Shown here piece after piece: positions 19,276 through 28,651 of a stretch of 64,000 nucleotides of DNA. The position numbers and the translations under genes were made by a program. Each line of letters begins with the position of its first letter. Position 1 is the first letter of the stretch. The DNA is from a virus (Duplodnaviria > Caudoviricetes): the IMG/VR virus record IMGVR_UViG_3300048930_000991, positions 1,414-65,413 of that record; one strand, 5' to 3'. A model generated the notes under the pieces. That model saw only the letters and a list, made by a program, of their open reading frames with translations, ran no database searches and was not told the origin of the DNA.

Positions 19276-20232
19276 TCACGCATACTCGGTCCCGGCTTGC
19301 TGGTTCTTGAGCACCGCCGTCATCATTCGGGTGGCGGTCGCGTTGTAGGCGGCCCGGAACTCGAACGCCGCCTCGACGCCGCCCGGCCCTTCGACCGGCG
19401 TCTTCGCCAGCGCCAAATAGACCTCGTGCAGCGTGAAGGTCAGGCTGCGGTTGGCGTCGATCGTGTAGCTGAAGGCGAACTCTGCAGCGGCGTTGTTCTG
19501 CGCCTGCGTCAGCAGCGTGGTGTCCGCGAAACGCGCGGTGATCTGCCCGGTGGCGCGCGCGATGCCGGGATCCACGCCCTCGACCTTCCGGTCGGCGCGG
19601 ATGGTGCGCACCATCTCCATGCCGTTGGCGTAGGTGAGCCGTGCCCCGGTCACCTGCGCGAGCGCCGAGCCGTTCCGACTGATCGTCCCCTGCGCCTTGT
19701 GGAAGGCCGTGTAGGCGGCGCTGGTCGGCGTGCCGCCTGAACTCGAGGCGCCGCGCGTCGAGCCCTGCCCCATCAGCCCGAAGGTCGCGGTGGCGGGCCC
19801 GGTCGGCGAGAAGTCGATCTCCAGCGTGTCGGCGCGCACCCCGGTGCAGAGATCGTAGTTCGGCACGTCCGGATAGCCGATCTCGACGCTGTTCGAGGGC
19901 AGCGCCGCGGCGCCCGAGCCGAAGCTGTGGATGAAGTTTGGGCTGGTGCCGGTGGTGGCAGGCGGGCCGAGCAACAGGCGCAGCCAGTGCCCTATGTTGA
20001 TCAGGTCCACCGGCACCACCGCCTGGCCCTGCACGGTGACGGTATCGAGGAAGGGTGCCGCCGGATCGCGGCTGCTGCCGACGCCGATGACGTCGGCATC
20101 GAGCAACGGCTGCTCGGCACCGAGGTCGCAGGAGAGGAAGGGCATACGCAGCCAGTCGCCCGCGGGCGCGGTGCCGTAGGTCGCCTCGGGGATCATGAGC
20201 AGACGGCAATTGGCGCCGATGGCACGGGGCAT
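19276..20232 (-). CDS. Tail tube protein
   Basis: E.TYGTAP N-terminus, beta-rich; position after the tail terminator. Confidence 0.85.
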   Translation of the reverse strand: MPRAIGANCRLLMIPEATYGTAPAGDWLRMPFLSCDLGAEQPLLDADVIGVGSSRDPAAPFLDTVTVQGQAVVPVDLINIGHWLRLLLGPPATTGTSPNFIHSFGSGAAALPSNSVEIGYPDVPNYDLCTGVRADTLEIDFSPTGPATATFGLMGQGSTRGASSSGGTPTSAAYTAFHKAQGTISRNGSALAQVTGARLTYANGMEMVRTIRADRKVEGVDPGIARATGQITARFADTTLLTQAQNNAAAEFAFSYTIDANRSLTFTLHEVYLALAKTPVEGPGGVEAAFEFRAAYNATATRMMTAVLKNQQAGTEYA

Positions 20233-20266
20233 CGGAGGTCTCCGGGATCAGCGGGAGGAAGAGGCG

Positions 20267-20713
20267 TCAGGCCAGCGGCGAGCCGGCGACGGTGAAGAAC
20301 AGCGTGACGGGGACCGACGCAGCGCGCGCGGCGGCAGCGCCCTCGAACTCGACATCCTCGAAGTCAGGCGCACCGGGCTGTGCCCACTCCACCGCGCCGC
20401 CGAGCGTGCGGTCAGCGGTGATGGCGGCAGCGAGGTCCACCAGCAGCGCGTCGAGCAGCACGGCACGGGCCGCCGGCGTCGCCCCGGCCACGGTGACTTC
20501 GACCTCGGCGCGATGCTCGATGGCCCAGGCGAGCGGCGACAGGATCGCCGTCTCCTCCACGGTCTCGCCGTCGCGGATGACGACCAGCCCGCCCGGCGGC
20601 AGACGCTGCGGCACGGTCTCGCCGCGCAGCACCAGCGGGGCGGGATTGCGGGTGGCAAGCGCGGTCTGCAGCCGGCCATGCAGCGCCGCGATGGCGGCCT
20701 CGCGCATGCTCAC
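20267..20713 (-). CDS. Tail terminator / tail completion protein
   Basis: REAAIAAL...ADRTLGGAV motif; GTG 20713 overlaps the upstream stop. Confidence 0.7.
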   Translation of the reverse strand: MSMREAAIAALHGRLQTALATRNPAPLVLRGETVPQRLPPGGLVVIRDGETVEETAILSPLAWAIEHRAEVEVTVAGATPAARAVLLDALLVDLAAAITADRTLGGAVEWAQPGAPDFEDVEFEGAAAARAASVPVTLFFTVAGSPLA

Positions 20714-21438
20714 GGCGCCGCCCTCCCGCTCTCGCGCTCCCAGGCCGCCACGAAGCGCCCCGGCAGCCGACGCAGGCCGCGCTCGGCGGCGCCCTTCACG
20801 TCCAGCCGTTTGGCCAGTTTCACCTGCGGCAGCAGCAGGAACATCGGCACCATGCCGCGGGCGAGCATGCCGCGCGCCCAGGCCTCGCGACCCTTGCGGT
20901 TGCCGGTGCCGATCTCGGCGAGGCCGCCGGCGACGAGGCGGGTGCGACGACGCCGGCCGGCCTGCTCGCCCTGGCGCAGCGGCAGGCACCACACGAAGCC
21001 CCGGTTGGACTTGAAGGGGCGCAGGAATGCCTGCCCGGAGGCGACCATCTGCGCCGGGGTAACGCGCATCCCCTTCTCGCCGCGTCCCCGGCGCCCGCGC
21101 GCCGCGTTGAAGCCGGTCGGGATGGCGAGGAACTTCCGCCCGCCTTTCGCCCGGATCAGTGCACCGCGCTCGAAGGCGTCGATCACGTTCGGCACCTTGG
21201 TCCAGACAAGGCCGGCGGGGCGGAGCGACTGCCCCGCGCGGGGAAACACCTGAGACCGCCAGGCATTGGCGATCCCCCGCGCATTGCCGCCGAAGCTGCT
21301 GGTCACCTGCCGCCGCAGCTCCGCCTTGACCTGCTCCGTCTCGGCGCGGATCGCCGTCATCGCCGCACGCTCGCCGGCCCGCACCTCGGCCGCGAGCACC
21401 TGCCGCAGGTCGCCGACGATGCGGGTGCCGACCCTCAC
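20710..21438 (-). CDS. Neck/tail completion protein (DUF6441-like)
   Basis: Basic protein with LAIPT and PMFLLLPQVKL; position between head-closure and terminator genes. Confidence 0.7.
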   Translation of the reverse strand: MRVGTRIVGDLRQVLAAEVRAGERAAMTAIRAETEQVKAELRRQVTSSFGGNARGIANAWRSQVFPRAGQSLRPAGLVWTKVPNVIDAFERGALIRAKGGRKFLAIPTGFNAARGRRGRGEKGMRVTPAQMVASGQAFLRPFKSNRGFVWCLPLRQGEQAGRRRRTRLVAGGLAEIGTGNRKGREAWARGMLARGMVPMFLLLPQVKLAKRLDVKGAAERGLRRLPGRFVAAWERESGRAAP

Positions 21439-21755
21439 GATCCGCCGCCGCCGGGCGGCAGGCCGGTGCGATGGCGGATGATGGCGACGGCGAGGTCATG
21501 CAGCGCCGCCTGGCCGAGGTAGCCGAACACGAAGGCGAACAGGAACCGGCCATACTCGTTGAACTCGAGGAAGCCGCCGAGCGCGTAGCCGGCGCTGCCG
21601 ACCAGGGCGGCGGAGGGAACCTCCCAGGCCAGGCACCAGCCGAAGCGCCGGCGCTCCGGGTTGTTCCAGCGCACGAACCCGCCGGCGAGGCCGGCCACGG
21701 CGCCGAGCAGCAGGTCGCGCAGGATCTCCAACAGGGTGAGAGCATTCTGCGGCAT
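21435..21755 (-). CDS. Holin-like membrane protein
   Basis: 106 aa with about three hydrophobic segments and a GYLG motif; AGGAG RBS upstream. Confidence 0.6.
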   Translation of the reverse strand: MPQNALTLLEILRDLLLGAVAGLAGGFVRWNNPERRRFGWCLAWEVPSAALVGSAGYALGGFLEFNEYGRFLFAFVFGYLGQAALHDLAVAIIRHRTGLPPGGGGS

Positions 21756-21768
21756 GGGGTGGGGGCTC

Positions 21769-22077
21769 CTATCGCTGGCAGAGCACGCGCCAGGCGGTGC
21801 CCGAGGCGTCGCGCTCGGCATGGGTGACGGTGAGCAGGTCGGCGCCGAGGGCGAAGGTGTCGCCGGCGGCGAGGCCGGGGAGGACGGCGATGGCGACCGA
21901 GAGGATGTCGGTGGCCGAGAGGATCTCGGTGCCGAAGGCATCGGCCACGCGGTCTGGCGAGGAGCGCAGCACCCTGACCGCAATGGGCGCGCCGGTGCCG
22001 CCCTGTCGGTAGACAGCGTCGGCCCCGAGGTTCGGATCGGCGACCAGGGCCGCCATAGCATCGACGAAGGCGTTCAT
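21769..22077 (-). CDS. Head-tail joining / head closure protein
   Basis: 102 aa, AVY...V and GDTF...W motifs typical of head-closure proteins. Confidence 0.7.
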   Translation of the reverse strand: MNAFVDAMAALVADPNLGADAVYRQGGTGAPIAVRVLRSSPDRVADAFGTEILSATDILSVAIAVLPGLAAGDTFALGADLLTVTHAERDASGTAWRVLCQR

Positions 22078-22337
22078 CGCTCGCCCCCGTCGGCCGGGTT
22101 CAGCCGCCGCACGGCGGTGAGCCGCCCGGCGCAGTCGGCATGGGCGGCGTCGTAGGCCAGCAGCAGCTCCGCCACCTGCCCTTGGGTCAGACTGTCCGAG
22201 GCCGGCAGCGCCGGCGCCGCTGCGCAGATAAGCAGCGCATCAGGGAGGCGGAGCGGCAGCAGCCGGATCTCCGGCGGAGCGGCTGGCGCGCAGGCGCTCG
22301 ACAGCATCGCGCAGCACAGGGGCAGCGCCGGCAGCAT
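22074..22337 (-). CDS. Rz1-like outer-membrane spanin lipoprotein
   Basis: Lipobox LSSAC, Pro-rich, further Cys residues; overlaps the 3' end of the Rz-like gene in another frame. Confidence 0.7.
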   Translation of the reverse strand: MLPALPLCCAMLSSACAPAAPPEIRLLPLRLPDALLICAAAPALPASDSLTQGQVAELLLAYDAAHADCAGRLTAVRRLNPADGGER

Positions 22338-22629
22338 GGCTCGGGTCACGGCGGAGGGCCTCCAGGTTGGCGCCAAGGCGCGTGGCCTGGGCGCGGGCGC
22401 GCTCGGCCTCGCCAGTCAGCGCGGCGATGTGGCGGGCGTGCTCGGCGGTGGCGCGGGCGAGCGCCGCGGCATTCGCCTCGGCGGTGCGGCTGGCCATTGC
22501 GGCATCCAGGCGGGCGGCGTCGCGCTGCGACCGGAAGTGCCAGGCGACGGTCACCGAGAGCAGCAGCGCGCCGCCCAGCGCGATCGGCACGGCGTGCCGG
22601 CCGAGCAGCGTGAGGATCGCGGCGCCCAT
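22240..22629 (-). CDS. Rz-like inner-membrane spanin
   Basis: N-terminal TM segment followed by an Ala-rich coiled coil; follows the endolysin. Confidence 0.72.
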   Translation of the reverse strand: MGAAILTLLGRHAVPIALGGALLLSVTVAWHFRSQRDAARLDAAMASRTAEANAAALARATAEHARHIAALTGEAERARAQATRLGANLEALRRDPSHAAGAAPVLRDAVERLRASRSAGDPAAAAPPP

Positions 22630-23027
22630 CAGGGATAAGCCGTGCGGTCGAGCTCGAAATGCGGCCCATCACGGAAGGAGGCCCAGTCTCCGCCCCAGAC
22701 GATCGGCACGCCGAGATCCTTCGCCGCGGCCTTCATCGCCGCGCCGATCTGCTCGTACAGCGGCCAGTCCCAGCGGATCTCGCCCTGCTCCACCGAGCCG
22801 TCGCCATCATCCAGCCAGTAGGCGAGATCGACAGCATGGCCGGTGAGGTGACGGCTGTTCATGGTGCGCGAGGCGCCGATCGCGACCAGCCGGGCCTGGC
22901 GCTCGCGTGAGCGCAGCCCCTCCGTGACGATGAAAGGCACCGCCAGGCGGGCCCGTTCGACGACGCGCACCAGGTCGCGGTGCACGCCCTCGAGGCGTGC
23001 ACGGTCACGCGGCAACAGCGCGCTCAT
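22629..23027 (-). CDS. Endolysin, M15-family L-Ala-D-Glu peptidase
   Basis: EGLRS.ERQ, SRHLTGHAVD and WGGDW...DGPHFEL motifs; start re-called at ATG 23027. Confidence 0.9.
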   Translation of the reverse strand: MSALLPRDRARLEGVHRDLVRVVERARLAVPFIVTEGLRSRERQARLVAIGASRTMNSRHLTGHAVDLAYWLDDGDGSVEQGEIRWDWPLYEQIGAAMKAAAKDLGVPIVWGGDWASFRDGPHFELDRTAYP

Positions 23028-23377
23028 CACGCCCCCGAGGCCGGCACGCGGGCCAGCATCACGCGGACCGTGGTATCGGCGGCCAGCGCGGCGACAGTGC
23101 AGAGCCCGACCTGGAAATTGCCTGTCGCAGTGGTGGTGATGCGCCGGTTGGTGTTGTCCCAGAACACCCGCGCGCCCTGGCTGATGGCCAGAGCGGGCTC
23201 CTTGGTGAGCTCGAACTCGCCGCGGGTCTCGCAGTCGACGCTGGCATTCTGCGCGGCGTCGGACGCCGCCACGCCGAAGAAGGCGCCGACCAGCATGCCC
23301 TGGCCGGAGAGGATGCCGCCCGCGTAGGGCACCACCATCGGAATGGAGCGCGCATCGGGACGGATGCAGTTGCGCAT
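23027..23377 (-). CDS. DUF2190-family capsid cement/decoration protein
   Basis: Follows the MCP; G..FGVA...GEFELTK...G.RVFWD motif. Confidence 0.8.
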   Translation of the reverse strand: MRNCIRPDARSIPMVVPYAGGILSGQGMLVGAFFGVAASDAAQNASVDCETRGEFELTKEPALAISQGARVFWDNTNRRITTTATGNFQVGLCTVAALAADTTVRVMLARVPASGA

Positions 23378-23467
23378 GGAAGGGTCTCCTGAAAGCGCGC
23401 AGGGCGCCGACCGGCGTTCCGGCGGCGTCCTGGCGTGATGCGGATGGGAAGGTGGAAAGCGGCGGGA

Positions 23468-25600
23468 TCAGGTCCCCGGGTTGAACCAGGCGCCGCGCCA
23501 GTCGATGGCACCGACGCCGAAGTCGAAGATCACGCTGACCTCGACGCCGTCCGCCCCCTGCACCGGCCCGGTGGTGACCTGCGGCCCCTCCGCCCCGTTC
23601 AGGTAGCCGTAGACATAGACGGGTGCAGCGACCGGGTCGGAGAACAGGTACCAGCGGTTCGCCTGGATCAGCGGCTCGATCACCGGCTGCACGAAGCCGG
23701 CAAACACATTCGCCTTGCCGATCTCGCTCGCCTGCACGACCACCGTCGCCTGGCGGGCGGCGAGCTCGAGGTTCGGCCCGACCAGGAGGCGCATGGTCTG
23801 GCCCATGGAGATCGGCAGGCCGTCCAGCGTGCGCTGCTTCATGATGGCGGTGCGGCCGGCGCCGATGGTCGAGGTGTCGAGCACCGTGCCGGTGCTGGCC
23901 TTGTTGGCCCGCGCGGCGCCGGTGGCGAACACCGCCGCGCTGCCGGTGGTCAGCGTCGGGCCGTCGCCATTGGCGCTGTTCAGCAGGTTGTAGGCGGTGG
24001 CGTTCTCGAACTCGGCGACGCGGCGGCCGATCGCGGCGGCGAAGTCGGTGAAGGCGCCGAGGTCGTCGTTGACCAGCATCGGCCGCGTGACGCGGATGCG
24101 CCGCGCGAAGGTCTGCAGCAGGACGATCTCCTGGCTCTCGGACATGGTGCCGACCTGGATCTCGCCGTTCTCGGCGAGCGGCAGCAGGGTCGGGAAGTCG
24201 CCGATGCGCAGATGCCGGTGCGGCTTGAAGTCGCGAAAGTCGCGGCGGAGGAAGATCTGCCGGTAGGTCGGCTGCGCCGGCTGGTAGGCGGCGAGCAGCA
24301 TCTTGTTGGCGGCGGCGGCCAGCAGCAGCGGGAAGTCGGAGCTGGTGTGGAAGGCGCGCTCGGCGAGCAGGGACGGGTTGCGGGGCACGCTCCGCTCGCC
24401 GCGGGCGCGCAGCAGTTCGCCGATCATGTCGGAGGGACGCCAGCCCATGAACTCGGCATGGCGGCCGGAGCCTTGGGCCTGGTAGCCGGGCATGGCACGA
24501 GCGGCGAGCGCCTCGGCCATGGCGTCGAGGATCTGCGCCGGGTCGTCGTGGCTGGGGGCGGTCTCGGGGCGGGCGGGGATGGACGGCCGCGGGCCCTGCG
24601 CGACGAGAGCGTCGAACAGGGCGCGGCGGGCCTGGTCGCCGGTCCAACCCTGGGCGATGGCGTCGGCACGGACCGGGGTGATGCGGTCCGCCGGCAGCAG
24701 GGCGCGGGCCGCCTCGACGGCGGCATCGATGCCAGCGATGCGCTCGCGCTCGGCGCGCTGGGCCTCGGCACGGACCGCATCGAGGTCGGGCGCCGGCACG
24801 GCCGGTGCGGGCGCGGCGCGGGTGGGTTCCGGCGCCGGGGCGTTGGGCGCGGGGCTGGGCGTGGTGGTCACCGTGGTCTCCTGGGGCGGGGTGGTGGACG
24901 GCGCGGCAAGCGGCGGCGCCGACGGGGCAGCAACCGGCTCGGCCGGCGTCGTCTCGGGCATGGGCGGGTCCTCGTCAGGCAGGGCAGGTTCGATGGCGAT
25001 GGCGGGCGCGCTCTGCGGCGCCTCACCGCGCACCGCCGCATCGCGGTCCACCGGGACCGGCACGACCGAGATCTCGAAGGGCTCCCAATCCACCGCGCGG
25101 TGGACGGTCTCGCCGGAGGCAGCGTCGGGTCGCGGCTCGTAGCGGTGCACGCGATAGCCGACGCTCACTGCCCGCAGCGTGCCGTCGGCGATGCGCTGCC
25201 AGACGGGCTCCACGTCGGCGGCACTGCTGAACTGCAGCGTCGCGTAGCCGCGGCCTCGATCGAGCCGGGCGGCGGTGACGCGGCCGAGCACGTCGCGCGC
25301 CCCGCCGCGGCGATGGGTGTCGAGCACCGGGGCGCGGCCGGAGCGCAGCGCGTCCATGCGCACCGCGTTGGGCAGCATCTCCAGCTCCTCGGTGATCAGG
25401 CCGAGGGCTGGGACGAAGTTGCGGGCGCGGGCGCCGGTGCTCCACACCACCTCGACGGTGCGGGCGGCCCGGTCGACGGTAGCCGGCGCGGTGATGGCGC
25501 GCTGCGCCACGATCGACTGCCCGGCGGCGGGAAGTCGATCCGGCGCAGCAGCAGGCTCCGGCGCGGGGTCGCCCCCGCCCGGCTCGATGATGTCCGTCAT
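23468..25600 (-). CDS. Prohead protease - major capsid protein fusion
   Basis: N-terminal PVLDTH...VSVGY...EISVVPVP protease, Pro-rich linker, C-terminal capsid domain with NDDLGAF and DFGVGAIDWRG. Confidence 0.92.
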   Translation of the reverse strand: MTDIIEPGGGDPAPEPAAAPDRLPAAGQSIVAQRAITAPATVDRAARTVEVVWSTGARARNFVPALGLITEELEMLPNAVRMDALRSGRAPVLDTHRRGGARDVLGRVTAARLDRGRGYATLQFSSAADVEPVWQRIADGTLRAVSVGYRVHRYEPRPDAASGETVHRAVDWEPFEISVVPVPVDRDAAVRGEAPQSAPAIAIEPALPDEDPPMPETTPAEPVAAPSAPPLAAPSTTPPQETTVTTTPSPAPNAPAPEPTRAAPAPAVPAPDLDAVRAEAQRAERERIAGIDAAVEAARALLPADRITPVRADAIAQGWTGDQARRALFDALVAQGPRPSIPARPETAPSHDDPAQILDAMAEALAARAMPGYQAQGSGRHAEFMGWRPSDMIGELLRARGERSVPRNPSLLAERAFHTSSDFPLLLAAAANKMLLAAYQPAQPTYRQIFLRRDFRDFKPHRHLRIGDFPTLLPLAENGEIQVGTMSESQEIVLLQTFARRIRVTRPMLVNDDLGAFTDFAAAIGRRVAEFENATAYNLLNSANGDGPTLTTGSAAVFATGAARANKASTGTVLDTSTIGAGRTAIMKQRTLDGLPISMGQTMRLLVGPNLELAARQATVVVQASEIGKANVFAGFVQPVIEPLIQANRWYLFSDPVAAPVYVYGYLNGAEGPQVTTGPVQGADGVEVSVIFDFGVGAIDWRGAWFNPGT

Positions 25601-25602
25601 GG

Positions 25603-27078
25603 TTAGCCCTCTGCTGGGGTCTCGCGCGGTGGTGCCGCAGCGCCGGTGGCGGCGATCTCGACAGCGGCCATTTGCGCCGCGTCCTGCGCCGCGCCGGACT
25701 TCGCGACGCGGCGCGGATCGGTGTCGAGCGCGAGCCCGGCCTCGTCGAGCAGGGCGTTGGCCTCGCGGATCATCTCCACGGCGGCGCGGAAGTCGTAGCC
25801 GAACGCCCCCGCCGCCTCGGGCTGCGGCACGAAGCCAGCGCGTACCTGCGCGATGAGGGCCGTGGTGTCCTTGAGCGGGTCGATCATCTCATGTGCAGGC
25901 GGGACGTGGCTGACGCCGTCCGGCATCTCCGCCCGCCATTGTCCCAACAGCGCGCCCTGCGCATGGAAGCGCTCGGCGATCGGCCGCACCAGCATCGGGA
26001 TGAGCATGCCGTACTGGACCTGCTCGCAGAGCCGGCGGAACTCGATCTTGCCGGCGCGAAGCGAGGAGTAGTTCGCCTGGGTCAAGTCGCCCGAGACCTG
26101 GTCGTAGGTCAGGCCGGCGCCGACCGCGGCGGCCTCGAGCGCACGGCGAGCGAAGGCAGCGTGGCTGCCGCCGCCGGAAGGGTTCACCACTTCGACCGAG
26201 CCCATGCCGCGGCGATACAGGATCATCCCCGGCTCGAAGCTCTCGACGGTGCGGCCTTGCGCATCGCGGAGCAGGCCGGCGGCGGCTCCGGTCAGCGCCT
26301 CGTCGCCCTCCTCCGTGACCACCGCGGCGAGACAGGCCTCGATCTTGGCCTTCATCAGCAGGGCGGCCTCGTAGTCGCCGAGGTCGCGCAGGCGAAGGAG
26401 GATGGGCGCGAGCCACGAGACGTCGCGCAACTGGCCAGGCCGGCGCTTGCGGTAGACATGCAGCACTTCGCTGGCGGGGATGCGCTGGCTGCTCTGCCAG
26501 GTGGCGCCCGGCAGGAGCCAGGCGGCACCCGGATGCACCCGGTGCAGCCAGTAGCCGATCGGCGCGCCCGCCTCGCCGAGGGCGATGCCCTGGATGGTCG
26601 GCGCGCCGTCGACCATCCCGTTCCGCGCGGTGTCGAGGTGGTCGCTCTCCAGCACTTGCAGCCGCAGTCCGATCGGATTGGCGGGCGATGGCGGCACCAT
26701 CAGGAACCGGACGAAGCACTCGCCGCTCTCGACCACCGCCCGCATCACCAGCGCTTGCAGGCCGTAGAGGTCGAGCCGCCCCTCGGCGTCGCAGGCGGTG
26801 CTCTCCGCCCAGCGCTGCCAGGCGCGACCATGCGCGTCCTCGGGCCAGCGGGTGGTGATGCCGGCGCCTATCGCATTCCCGGTCCAGAGGTCGACGATGC
26901 GGCTGGCATAGGGATCATTGCGGACGGCGTCGCGGGCGCGCCGCGCCACCGTGGCCGCAGCCAGGCCGACCTCGGCATTGGCGCTGCCGCCGGACGGCGC
27001 CCAGGCTGAGGCTCGCTGCTCCTGCGCAGCGGCATAGCCGCGCAGCACCTGCCAGGCTGCGCGCAGGCGCTCGATCAT
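25603..27078 (-). CDS. Portal protein, lambda family
   Basis: ARDAVRND, RRPGQLR, GDLTQANYSSLR and IDPLKD motifs; start re-called at ATG 27078. Confidence 0.93.
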   Translation of the reverse strand: MIERLRAAWQVLRGYAAAQEQRASAWAPSGGSANAEVGLAAATVARRARDAVRNDPYASRIVDLWTGNAIGAGITTRWPEDAHGRAWQRWAESTACDAEGRLDLYGLQALVMRAVVESGECFVRFLMVPPSPANPIGLRLQVLESDHLDTARNGMVDGAPTIQGIALGEAGAPIGYWLHRVHPGAAWLLPGATWQSSQRIPASEVLHVYRKRRPGQLRDVSWLAPILLRLRDLGDYEAALLMKAKIEACLAAVVTEEGDEALTGAAAGLLRDAQGRTVESFEPGMILYRRGMGSVEVVNPSGGGSHAAFARRALEAAAVGAGLTYDQVSGDLTQANYSSLRAGKIEFRRLCEQVQYGMLIPMLVRPIAERFHAQGALLGQWRAEMPDGVSHVPPAHEMIDPLKDTTALIAQVRAGFVPQPEAAGAFGYDFRAAVEMIREANALLDEAGLALDTDPRRVAKSGAAQDAAQMAAVEIAATGAAAPPRETPAEG

Positions 27079-27158
27079 CCCATACTCTCCGCTGGAAGCC
27101 GGGCGTGCCATGTCCCCGGTAACGACTGTCGATCGATCCGGTATTGGAGGAGTGCCTC

Positions 27159-27404
27159 ATGGCCACGAGGGTCACGGCCAAGGCTCAGGTCACCATCCCC
27201 AAGGAGGTCCGCGACCTGCTCGGCATCACGCCGGGCAGCGTGGTCACCTTCGAAGTGACTGCGGACGGGCGGGTGGTTCTCAGCAGGGTGGGCAGCCTGG
27301 GGCCTGCGACGCGCCCGCCAAGCCGCTTTGCAAAGCTGCGCGGCCGCGCAAGCGCCGGAATGACCACCGAGGAGATCATGGCGCTGATGCGAGGCGATGG
27401 GTGA
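27159..27404 (+). CDS. AbrB/MazE/SpoVT-family antitoxin (VapB-like)
   Basis: TAKAQVTIPKEVRDLLGITPG AbrB fold; GGAGG RBS; C-terminal MTTEEIMALMRG. Confidence 0.85.
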   Translation: MATRVTAKAQVTIPKEVRDLLGITPGSVVTFEVTADGRVVLSRVGSLGPATRPPSRFAKLRGRASAGMTTEEIMALMRGDG

Positions 27405-27480
27405 GGCCGTCGTCGTCGACCCCAATGTCCTGCTAAACCCGCTCACCGCAGAACGTCGCGCCCAAAGCGTGCGAGCGTGA
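27397..27480 (+). pseudogene. Truncated PIN/VapC toxin remnant (27 aa)
   Basis: MGEAVVVDPNVLLNPLT resembles the PIN N-terminal D-x-N-V-L-L motif; overlaps the antitoxin stop; TGA at 27478-27480. Confidence 0.55.
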
Positions 27481-27679
27481 CAGAGGGTCGGCGCGCCGCA
27501 CTGTTCTCCGCACCATGCAACGCCGCGAGCGCCCGGCCGAGTTCGTCAAGGCCGCGGTACTCCACGGTGCGCCCATCGAAGGACACGCGCGTGGTGCCGC
27601 CGGTGTAGGCCGCCGCGAGAGTGGCGGCGCGACTGCCCGCTGGCTGCGCCAACGCCCAGGCGAGGACAGTCGGATCCAT
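27443..27679 (-). CDS. Head-tail adaptor gpW-like protein
   Basis: GTTRVSFDGRTVEYRGLDEL motif; upstream of the portal. Confidence 0.8.
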   Translation of the reverse strand: MDPTVLAWALAQPAGSRAATLAAAYTGGTTRVSFDGRTVEYRGLDELGRALAALHGAENSAARRPSVTLARFGRDVLR

Positions 27680-28287
27680 CAGGCCGCCCGCAGCGTCGGC
27701 AGCGGCGCCGCCGCGTTGACCAGATAGGACAGCCCGCTTGGCGGGTTCGGCATGATCGGCACGCCGGCCTGATAGGTCAGCGCCGCGAAGAAGCCATTCT
27801 CGCTGCCGGTGGTGCCGCCACCGGCGCCGCCATCCGCCGCGGCCGAGCCGAGCAGCAGCGTGTTCCCGCCGCTGAAGGCCTGGGTGCTGGTGCCACGCAC
27901 CGATGGCGCGCCGGAAAAGCAGAACAGCAGCCACCAGGTGCCGGCCGGGATCCAGCGCGGCTGCACGAAGGGGCAGAGCGCGTTGCCGGCGGAAGTGGTG
28001 TCGGCGTCTGCGACCGGCTCTTCGATGAGGCGCCCCGGATGCCCAGTGCCATCGTCGGCAGTCAAGGCCATGCGCAGCAGGCCGGCGGCGCCAGTCGTCA
28101 CGCTCACAGCCATGGCCGAGAACAGCCCGGGACGCGCCAGCACGTAGGGCACGCAATACAGTCGGTTCGCCGGCATCGCGACGGCGCCACCCACCGCACG
28201 CGCATGCTGCGAGGCGTAGAACCGCCCCGAGACGTAGGGCAGCATCGCCGGCGCTGGCGGCAGGTAGTGCTGGAACAGCGCGGTCAT
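27679..28287 (-). CDS. Hypothetical phage protein (beta-rich)
   Basis: 202 aa ORF coupled to both neighbours in the late operon. Confidence 0.6.
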   Translation of the reverse strand: MTALFQHYLPPAPAMLPYVSGRFYASQHARAVGGAVAMPANRLYCVPYVLARPGLFSAMAVSVTTGAAGLLRMALTADDGTGHPGRLIEEPVADADTTSAGNALCPFVQPRWIPAGTWWLLFCFSGAPSVRGTSTQAFSGGNTLLLGSAAADGGAGGGTTGSENGFFAALTYQAGVPIMPNPPSGLSYLVNAAAPLPTLRAA

Positions 28288-28637
28288 GCGAGCGGCCGGA
28301 TACCGAGGACGAGCAGCCGCTCCGCGGTCTGGTTCACCGGCGCGGCGGCGAGGCCGGAGCGCAGCCTGAGCCAGCGCCAGCCGAGCAGAAGCGTGGGCGG
28401 CAGGGTGAGTGCCCGGCCGGCGGCGACGGTCAGCACCACCTCGTTGCCGAGATGGTCGTAGAGGTCAGCCCAGGCAGCAGGCTCGCCCTCGTCGAGCGAG
28501 CCCTGCAGGGTGAGTGGCGCGTCGGTCCAGGCGGCCGGCAGCAGCAGCAGGCAGACGCCGTAGCCGACGCTGGCGACGGGTCCGCTCAGCGCCTGGCCGG
28601 CGGCGATGCTGGTGCGCACGGGCACGATTGCGGTCAT
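28284..28637 (-). CDS. Hypothetical phage protein
   Basis: GGAG RBS before ATG 28637; PAAWTDAPLTLQGS...WLRLRSG. Confidence 0.65.
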   Translation of the reverse strand: MTAIVPVRTSIAAGQALSGPVASVGYGVCLLLLPAAWTDAPLTLQGSLDEGEPAAWADLYDHLGNEVVLTVAAGRALTLPPTLLLGWRWLRLRSGLAAAPVNQTAERLLVLGIRPLA

Positions 28638-28651
28638 GGAGATCTCCAGGT

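Noticed and set aside
22629-24647. 672 aa ORF suggesting a giant endolysin; similar over-extended starts at 20267-21745, 28284-29732, 9460-10245 and 34702-36435
   Set aside because: Only the C-terminal portions are protein-like; the upstream parts overlap other genes, so starts were re-called
24780-24960. Pro/Ala/Thr-rich low-complexity stretch in the capsid gene
   Set aside because: Ordinary linker/scaffold region of protease-capsid fusions, not a DNA repeat element
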